DNA of 60,668 bases from assembly GCA_002336675.1 (NCBI GenBank), contig DDEI01000053.1:2459-63126 (forward strand), read 5' to 3'. The DNA is from Flavobacteriales bacterium UBA1958. Its GTDB lineage: Bacteria > Bacteroidota > Bacteroidia > Flavobacteriales_D > Sanyastnellaceae. Position numbers and translations under genes: made by a program. A model generated the notes under the pieces. That model was not told the DNA's origin, searched no databases, and saw only the letters and a program-made list of their open reading frames with translations. Positions within the stretch are counted from its first letter, which is position 1. Every line of letters begins with the position of its first letter. This document shows, piece by piece, positions 54,343 to 60,668 of this stretch.

Positions 54343-57087
54343 TTAGTTTTTCAATAACTTTAAGTTAATATTATGATAATCATTGTATTGAACACTTAAA
54401 ATATATGTTCCATTATCTAAATCGGAAACTTCTAGAGTACAAGATTTTGATATTCCTAACTTTTTAACGAGCCTACCTTCATAGGAGTAAATGAGTACTT
54501 CGTGGACATTTTTACAGTTGGATATCTTTACGGGTCCGTTTGTAGGGTTCGGGAATAATCTTGAATTAATACTTTCTGATTCGCTGTTTAGGTCAGTTAT
54601 GTTTGAAATAAAGTCTACTATAAAAGCATCTTCAGTTTCGCATCCATACTCATTTGAAATAATAATAGTGTAAGATCCCTCTGGTAGCTCAGCTTCGGCT
54701 ATTTCTGAGTTGTTTTCATCTAATAATTGAGCTATTTGTAATTCTCCAGAAATAGCAATTAATTCCACAGACCCTAAATAACCCTCCGCTTGATCAGTAA
54801 TATTTAAGGAGTATTCTAGCTCTGGGGCTAATTCTAAATAAAATGGAGTTTCTGAAGTGCAATTATTATTATCCATGGTAACTAAGACATTATCACCAAC
54901 TGCTATAGAGTGTAAATTAGGGACAGGATAGGTATAGGGAAAAGAACCTCCATATGAAGTAACTGCGATACTCCCTAAATCACTGGAGTCACAGGGAAGA
55001 GATAGGATATCAATGTCTGTAAATAATGGAGCGGGCTGGATAACCGTATATTCGATTTGAATAGGGCAGAGGTCCTCGATCAGTAGTGGATGATTGAAAT
55101 ACCCGGGACTTAGGTTGGGAATTGTATAATAATATTGCTCTTCATTTTGGGGCAATAAGAATTCTATTACGGCTTGCCCGTTGGACTGTCCATTACAGGT
55201 AATGTCAGTTGTTATTATTTCTTGAACTAACGGAAAGTCAGCAGTAACAACTGTAACAGTGTCAGTGTTAATTGGTATTCCTCCGTTAGAATACGCAGTA
55301 CCCCAATAGGTTCCTGGTTCAGAGATCTCTATGGAAATGGAATTAGTGGTAGTACTCCAGATAACACTATCTGCTTCGATGCTAACTCCCAGTTCCGTAA
55401 TATCCCCTGGACATAACTCTAATCCGTTGAAAATTTGAATTGATGTTTGAAGAGTTTCTCCTTCTATGAATTTCACGGAGCTATTAATGGCGATATTATA
55501 GTGAGTCTCTTCAAGATCAGATGGCCATAAAACGTGTATTGAATCGATTTGAGCCGTATTTCCGATACCAAATATTAGTCGTTGAGAATCTTGGCTGCAA
55601 AAGTTAGTTCCAAAAAATTGAGTATCAAAATGCGAATTACCATCAGCGAATACGGTGATTTCTGTGCCTGCGGCATCTTTGTTTGAAACTGTCCCTTCCA
55701 AGGAAATCTTTACAAAAGCATTTGTGTTATTGCCTGTATTCCTTAATAATAAAGAGTTAGAGGGAGCTTTATTTAATACCAATAGGTCATGAAATCCGTC
55801 ATTGTTATAGTCACCTTTAGAAACCGAATAGGAATTCTCACTGTTCATAGGGATTATATCTGTAGAATTAGATAACTCTCCAGTTCCATCATTTACTAAT
55901 AAATTATTGAGGCTTACACCAGGAAAAGAGCTGCATACGTAGAGGTCTTTCCAGCCATCGTTGTCATAATCGACCCAATTAGCGCCCCAGCAATTTTGGT
56001 AAACTTCGGTACCTGAATTAGGAAATAGATCTTGAAAGATACCATTGTCTACATTTTCAAGCAAGTGATTTCCAGGAGTACCATCCGTAACGTAAATGTC
56101 CAAGTCATTATCATTATCTGCATCACCTACAGTAGATGACATAGCAGAAACAGCAAGGTCAGAATTAGAAGAAGCTGAGGAATCGGTAAACGTGCCGTCT
56201 CCGTTATTTATGAAAAGCACATTTGGCCAAATACACCTGTCATTTACCACATAAAGATCTATGTGTCCATCCTTATTGAAATCGGCCCAAGTACTGGAGA
56301 AGCTTTGCTTATATCCATTTCCTACTGCTGCTTCTATAGTGACATCTTCGAATGTGCCATCACCATTGTTTTTAATCAGTAAATTCGTTAATGTTTCCTC
56401 CCCAAATGCGTTGTTTACGTACCTGCAGACATAAAAGTCTAAAAATCCATCATCATCATAATCAGCCCAAGAAATACCATAATTATCGGTAGGAATATTC
56501 TCTGAGATGTTTAAAGGGATTTCTTGGAAGTTAAACTGACCGTTATTTCTAAAAAGTCTAAAAAGTCCATCTTCTTCAGTTAAGGAAATATCTGCATCTC
56601 CGTCATTATCATAGTCAACCCACACAATGCTTAATACTACAGAGGTCAGGTTTATGTAATTGACTTCTTGAAACCCATTGGAAGTGTTTCGGAAAAAGGA
56701 GACATTCCCATTTAACCCAGGAAGAGTTAAGTCATCTAATCCATCTTTATTAAAGTCGTAAAAGGAACATCCCGCCCCAAAAGTAGCTTGTTCAAATGAG
56801 TGGTTGAAATTTAAGTTAGCAGATTCATCAATATATGTTTGGCTAATAGTTTGGTTAGCATTAGTCAGAGTAAGCAATAGAATTAAGACGAAGAGATGAC
56901 TTCCCTTTAAAGAGTGAAGAGTTGATTCTCTTCTCTTACTGTATATATAAGCATTAGCGCAGCAAAGGCCTCGACCCAGAATAAAAAACACATGCGCTCG
57001 AGGCTGTCTGGTTAAAGAGCCATCAATCGCGAAAATGAATTTTTTAAAAAGAAGGGTCAAGTACTGGGCAAAACAGTACTTAAGCAT
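54343..57087 (-). CDS. Paralog of the preceding gene (FG-GAP/ASPIC-UnbV-like, T9SS type-A CTD); start codon uncertain
   Basis: 914 aa in the track. Same architecture (DFNKDGLDD, DYDNDGDAD, DYDDDGFLD, DFNKDGHID; ITCNGQSNGQAVIEF; C-terminal LFPNPTNGPVKI...GTYILSV). The signal-like segment LFVLILLLTLTNA begins about 55 aa into the ORF with no ATG/GTG/TTG just before it. Confidence 0.7.
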   Translation of the reverse strand: MLKYCFAQYLTLLFKKFIFAIDGSLTRQPRAHVFFILGRGLCCANAYIYSKRRESTLHSLKGSHLFVLILLLTLTNANQTISQTYIDESANLNFNHSFEQATFGAGCSFYDFNKDGLDDLTLPGLNGNVSFFRNTSNGFQEVNYINLTSVVLSIVWVDYDNDGDADISLTEEDGLFRLFRNNGQFNFQEIPLNISENIPTDNYGISWADYDDDGFLDFYVCRYVNNAFGEETLTNLLIKNNGDGTFEDVTIEAAVGNGYKQSFSSTWADFNKDGHIDLYVVNDRCIWPNVLFINNGDGTFTDSSASSNSDLAVSAMSSTVGDADNDNDLDIYVTDGTPGNHLLENVDNGIFQDLFPNSGTEVYQNCWGANWVDYDNDGWKDLYVCSSFPGVSLNNLLVNDGTGELSNSTDIIPMNSENSYSVSKGDYNNDGFHDLLVLNKAPSNSLLLRNTGNNTNAFVKISLEGTVSNKDAAGTEITVFADGNSHFDTQFFGTNFCSQDSQRLIFGIGNTAQIDSIHVLWPSDLEETHYNIAINSSVKFIEGETLQTSIQIFNGLELCPGDITELGVSIEADSVIWSTTTNSISIEISEPGTYWGTAYSNGGIPINTDTVTVVTADFPLVQEIITTDITCNGQSNGQAVIEFLLPQNEEQYYYTIPNLSPGYFNHPLLIEDLCPIQIEYTVIQPAPLFTDIDILSLPCDSSDLGSIAVTSYGGSFPYTYPVPNLHSIAVGDNVLVTMDNNNCTSETPFYLELAPELEYSLNITDQAEGYLGSVELIAISGELQIAQLLDENNSEIAEAELPEGSYTIIISNEYGCETEDAFIVDFISNITDLNSESESINSRLFPNPTNGPVKISNCKNVHEVLIYSYEGRLVKKLGISKSCTLEVSDLDNGTYILSVQYNDYHNINLKLLKN

Positions 57088-57155
57088 AACATTTTAATTA
57101 AGGTATGTGTAAGATAGTGTTTCTTACAAACGGGTCTCAATTAAAATGAAATATT

Positions 57156-57971
57156 TTACCCAAGGCCTACGTCTAGAGCCATCATAAGTACGAATCCAAT
57201 CATAAAACCTATAGTCGCTAAATCGGTGTATTTATCTCGCTGTGTTTCTGGAATAACCTCTTCTACTACCACATAAATCATAGCTCCAGCTGCAAATGCT
57301 AAACCGTAAGGAAGTAGAGGTTCGAATATAGTAACGGCCAATGCTCCGAAAACAGCAGCTAGAGGTTCCACTATAGCAGATAGTTGTCCATACCAAAAAC
57401 TTTTAAATCTAGACACTCCTTCTCTCCTTAAAGGCATGGATACGGCTATGCCTTCTGGGAAATTTTGAATCCCTATTCCTATAGTTATTATTATAGCCTC
57501 AGTCAACATTTCTGGGTTTCCTGCTGCGGCGCCAAATAGTACTCCTACAGCTAGTCCTTCGGGAATGTTGTGGAGTGTAATGGCGGATACGAGTAAGGTC
57601 GTTCTATGCCAAGTAGATTTAACACCTTCTGCTTCACTTTGTTTAAAGTTAATATGAAGATGGGGTAACACTTTGTCTAAGGCGTAAATAAAGATAGCAC
57701 CTCCCATAAACCCTATGACAGCAGGCATTACCTGGGCGAACCCTTCGGCATCTACCGCTTCTATAGCAGGACCGAGTAAACCAAAGCAACTAGCCGCTAC
57801 CATAACACCTCCTGTGAAGCCTAACATGGTGTCTAGCCATATTCGTTTCATTCCTTTAAAGAAGAATACTAAAGCTGCACCTGCAGCTGTTAAAAGCCAA
57901 GTGGCAGTGCAAGCTATAAAAGCAGCTAGCACGGGATCTATTGATTTGAAAAACTCAACTAATTCTTCCAT
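57156..57971 (-). CDS. ZIP-family divalent metal transporter (ZupT-like)
   Basis: 271 aa and polytopic, with the HNIPEGLAVG and QNFPEGIAVS motifs typical of ZIP/ZupT. Confidence 0.85.
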   Translation of the reverse strand: MEELVEFFKSIDPVLAAFIACTATWLLTAAGAALVFFFKGMKRIWLDTMLGFTGGVMVAASCFGLLGPAIEAVDAEGFAQVMPAVIGFMGGAIFIYALDKVLPHLHINFKQSEAEGVKSTWHRTTLLVSAITLHNIPEGLAVGVLFGAAAGNPEMLTEAIIITIGIGIQNFPEGIAVSMPLRREGVSRFKSFWYGQLSAIVEPLAAVFGALAVTIFEPLLPYGLAFAAGAMIYVVVEEVIPETQRDKYTDLATIGFMIGFVLMMALDVGLG

Positions 57972-57972
57972 G

Positions 57973-58632
57973 CTAGTTTATTCTAATAATTATGTTTTGT
58001 GCTGCTTGAGCACTTATCGAGACTTCCTTTTCACCAGCTACCAGTATTATGCTTCCGTCAAAATCCATCTTGTCTAAAACTTCAATTTTCTGACCAAGAG
58101 TGATGTTAATTCGTTCTAAATACTTTAAGAATATAGAACTACTATCTTGAACCCCAGTCATAGTTCCTGATTGTTTAACTCCCATTTCAGATAGAAGAGA
58201 AGTGTTTCTATTATCGGTGATTATACCATGCTTATCTGGAATAGGATCACCGTGAGGGTCGAATCTCGGATTTTCTAAAAAGTCATCTAATCTGTCTGTA
58301 AGCTCCTTGGACTGTATATGTTCTAACTGCTCTGCTATTTCGTGCACTTCATCCCATTTAAAATGAAGTTTTTTTAGCAGAAATACTTCCCATAATCTGT
58401 GCTTTCTAATAATATTCAAAGCCGCTTGACTTCCTTTTTCAGATAGCTTAGCGCCTTTATACTTCTTATACTCTACGAGCTTCTTTACCTCAAGCTTTTT
58501 GAGCATTTCTGTCACACTTGCAGGTTTCATATTTAGTTTATGCGCTATAGAACTGGTGTTTATAAACTCTGAATCTGATTTTTCAGAAAGAGAATAAATA
58601 GCCTTTAAGTAATTTTCTTGACTGGTATTCAT
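57973..58632 (-). CDS. DtxR/MntR-family metal-dependent transcriptional regulator with a FeoA/SH3-like C-terminal domain
   Basis: 219 aa. ENYLKAIYSL...SSIAHKLNMKPASVTEMLKKLEVKKLVEY (wHTH), then RKHRLWEVFL and HEIAEQLEH metal-site region. One nt separates its stop from the ZIP gene start. Confidence 0.85.
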   Translation of the reverse strand: MNTSQENYLKAIYSLSEKSDSEFINTSSIAHKLNMKPASVTEMLKKLEVKKLVEYKKYKGAKLSEKGSQAALNIIRKHRLWEVFLLKKLHFKWDEVHEIAEQLEHIQSKELTDRLDDFLENPRFDPHGDPIPDKHGIITDNRNTSLLSEMGVKQSGTMTGVQDSSSIFLKYLERINITLGQKIEVLDKMDFDGSIILVAGEKEVSISAQAAQNIIIRIN

Positions 58633-58654
58633 GGTTGATTATTGCACCGCTAAC

Positions 58655-58671
58655 TTAGTTAACCTAACTAA
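58655..58671. promoter_or_regulatory. Candidate operator: DtxR-box-like palindrome in the divergent intergenic region
   Basis: TTAGTTA-ACC-TAACTAA has perfect 7-bp inverted arms and resembles the DtxR consensus TTAGGTTAGCCTAACCTAA. It lies 23 nt upstream of the regulator ATG (58632). A weaker inverted repeat, TTTAG-N6-CTAAA, is at 58675-58690. Confidence 0.4.
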
Positions 58672-58737
58672 ATGTTTAGGTGTGACTAAATTAAAGCTAT
58701 TGTGCCACTTATTGAGGCATAACTTGAGTTAATAAAG

Positions 58738-58745
58738 TACTTTTG
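58738..58745 (+). promoter_or_regulatory. -7 promoter box (TAnnTTTG) upstream of the DUF983 gene
   Basis: TACTTTTG ends 6 nt before the ATG at 58752. Confidence 0.4.
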
Positions 58746-58751
58746 CTCTTT

Positions 58752-59144
58752 ATGAAAAAAACCAATTTAGGATCCGTTTTATGGAATAAATGTCCAAAGT
58801 GCAGGACTGGAAATTTATTCGTGAATGAAAGTTCATTTAGAATCAAGGGATTCACAGATTTCAATCACAGCTGTCCTCACTGTGAAGAAGATTTCCTTAG
58901 AGAGCCTGGGTTTTATTTCGGAGCTTCATATGTTAGTTACGGGTTGACGGTGGCTATTTGGGTAGCTGTTTATGTAGCCTTAATTACATTTAATGCTATC
59001 GGTCTTATTTCTTACACCTTTTCAGAAAACCCTTGGACTTTTCTGATTATAGGGGTGGTTATCTTACTCATATTACTTCCAGCAATTTATAGACTTTCTA
59101 GAAGTTTATGGATCAGCATGTTTGTCAAATTCAAGAAATCATAG
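58752..59144 (+). CDS. DUF983-like membrane protein (N-terminal CxxC...CxxC zinc ribbon plus two TM helices)
   Basis: I prefer ATG 58752 (MKKTNLGSVLWNKCPKCRTG...HSCPHCEEDF). Two hydrophobic helices follow. The track start 58743 would sit inside the promoter box. Confidence 0.7.
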   Translation: MKKTNLGSVLWNKCPKCRTGNLFVNESSFRIKGFTDFNHSCPHCEEDFLREPGFYFGASYVSYGLTVAIWVAVYVALITFNAIGLISYTFSENPWTFLIIGVVILLILLPAIYRLSRSLWISMFVKFKKS

Positions 59145-60668
59145 ACTTGATTTGTGGATGGCTAGAGAGAGTTTAATCAGATCGTAAGAAACTTTTTCTT
59201 TTAACGCCTCGAAAATTGGTTTTAACTCACCCGTTTCTTTTAATTCTTTCCAAGTATTAACTACTAGGTCTTTTATATCGGAGTTAACGAGTCCTTCATG
59301 GGAGATGGGTTCACCATTTTCTATAAGAGAGGTGATATGATTAAAAATGGTACTCTTATTCAAGTTTCTAGCCTTGGCTATTTCTTCTATAGATTTCCCT
59401 TGATTGAATAGCTTTAGAGTTTCTGCATAGGTTTTGCCTTTTACATTTAAGTCTTTCCCGGTTTTAATAACCTTTTCTTGGAGGTAATCGATAAATAGTC
59501 TTCCGTATTTTTTTAGCTTGGCGTCACCCACGCCAGAAATAGCCGAAAACGCTCCCATTGTCATAGGCTTTTCAGCAGCGATCTCTTGAAGTGACTTGTC
59601 CGTAAATACTGCATAAGCAGGGATTCCTTGTTCTTTAGCTAGTTTTTTTCTGTAGCTGCGCAAGGCCTCAAATAAGGAGTCTTCAAATTCGACCTTCTTA
59701 TCTTGTTTCTTCTTTTTGTCCAGGCCTTGGTCTTTTTTATCTAATGGAACAGTGAGCTCTACGGTTTTCCCTTCAAAGAGAACAGTTTTTCCGATAGAGG
59801 TTACTTTTAGATGGCTATGACTGGTATAGTCAATTTCTAAAAAGCCTTGATTTATTAATTGAGTGATGTATTGAAATAAGTGGAAGTAGGCCACTTCTTT
59901 TAACGCTCCGTATGTTTTTATCTGATGATAGTTGTTCTCCAAAACTTCTTGGTTTTGGGCACCTCTCATCACATTTACTAGCGTAGTAATGGGTACGGCT
60001 TCTTTTAATCTTTTTATTCCAGAAAGCACTTTTTGAGAGAGAAGAGTTCCATCTATTTTCTTTGGGGGATTCCTGCAGATATCACACCTTCCACATTGTT
60101 TTTCTCTGTGCTCACCAAAGTAACTCAGTACTACATTCGTTCTGCAGCTTGTGGCTTGGCAGTACTCTAGTATTCTATCTAGTTTGGCCCGTTGGACTGC
60201 TTTAAAAGTAGGGTCAGCATCACTATCTTCTATGAACGAACGCAGGATAGTCACATCTCCATAACTAAAAAACAGGAGTGTTTCTGCTGGAGAACCATCT
60301 CTTCCCGATCTCCCGATCTCCTGGTAATATCCTTCCAAATTTTTAGGAAGATTATAGTGAATAACCCATCTTATATTCGATTTGTCTATTCCCATTCCGA
60401 ATGCTATGGTAGCGCAGATTATTTGTACATCATCATTTTTAAAATCATTCTGAACTGAATTTCTAGCTTCAGCAGTCATTCTGCCATGATAGAAATCAGC
60501 ATTATATCCTTCTTGCTGAAGTTTGAGTGCTACCTGTTCGGCAGATTTTCTACTTAAAGTATATATGATGCCCGCCTCATTGGGGTGGGCAGATAGAAAG
60601 TTGACAATCTCTTTCATTCTCCCTTGACCGGGCAATACACTTGAACTAATATTTCCTCTTTCAAAACT
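59139..60668 (-). CDS. recQ: ATP-dependent DNA helicase RecQ; the N-terminus runs off the window
   Basis: The ORF stays open to the window end (…SFERGNISSSVLPGQGRMKE…). It has a helicase C-terminal domain, the Zn-binding/RQC segment CRTNVVLSYFGE...CGRCDIC, the HRDC segment AYAVFTDKSLQEIAAEKP...GVGDAKLKKYG, and an extra C-terminal HTH-like tail. Confidence 0.9.
   Translation of the reverse strand, partial: SFERGNISSSVLPGQGRMKEIVNFLSAHPNEAGIIYTLSRKSAEQVALKLQQEGYNADFYHGRMTAEARNSVQNDFKNDDVQIICATIAFGMGIDKSNIRWVIHYNLPKNLEGYYQEIGRSGRDGSPAETLLFFSYGDVTILRSFIEDSDADPTFKAVQRAKLDRILEYCQATSCRTNVVLSYFGEHREKQCGRCDICRNPPKKIDGTLLSQKVLSGIKRLKEAVPITTLVNVMRGAQNQEVLENNYHQIKTYGALKEVAYFHLFQYITQLINQGFLEIDYTSHSHLKVTSIGKTVLFEGKTVELTVPLDKKDQGLDKKKKQDKKVEFEDSLFEALRSYRKKLAKEQGIPAYAVFTDKSLQEIAAEKPMTMGAFSAISGVGDAKLKKYGRLFIDYLQEKVIKTGKDLNVKGKTYAETLKLFNQGKSIEEIAKARNLNKSTIFNHITSLIENGEPISHEGLVNSDIKDLVVNTWKELKETGELKPIFEALKEKVSYDLIKLSLAIHKSSL

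Overview
Gene-dense, AT-rich chromosomal segment (G+C judged by eye as high-30s %, not computed), about 50 protein genes on both strands. It most likely comes from a Bacteroidota genome, Flavobacteriia-like. The evidence is six proteins with type IX secretion (T9SS) C-terminal sorting domains, many TAnnTTTG '-7' promoter boxes just upstream of start codons, bacillithiol genes (ytxJ, bshC), and a fused 2-oxoacid dehydrogenase E1 alpha/beta. Most of the content is housekeeping: rpsA, pyrR-pyrB, rnz, ilvE, dapA, dapD, argS, gap, htrA, mdh, miaA, ruvX and partial recQ. I found no tRNA or rRNA gene, CRISPR array, transposase, integrase, phage gene or recognisable defence gene, so I cannot point to a clear novel system. 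The loci most worth a second look: (1) a DtxR/MntR-type regulator and ZIP transporter operon, divergent from a DUF983 zinc-ribbon membrane protein, with a DtxR-box-like palindrome between them; (2) an ECF sigma, putative anti-sigma, beta-barrel protein and T9SS type-B cargo cluster; (3) a ribosomal protein S1 with acidic N-terminal and basic-linker plus helix-hairpin-helix C-terminal extensions; (4) two guanidino-group-modifying enzymes apparently co-transcribed with argS; (5) a choice-of-anchor-B-like protein ending in dockerin-like repeats; (6) an S8 protease next to two tandem FG-GAP/ASPIC-UnbV-like T9SS paralogs; (7) two long spacers flanking a 2OG oxygenase gene that carry stop-riddled ORF ghosts. 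All functional calls come from motif recognition by eye. No database search was run.
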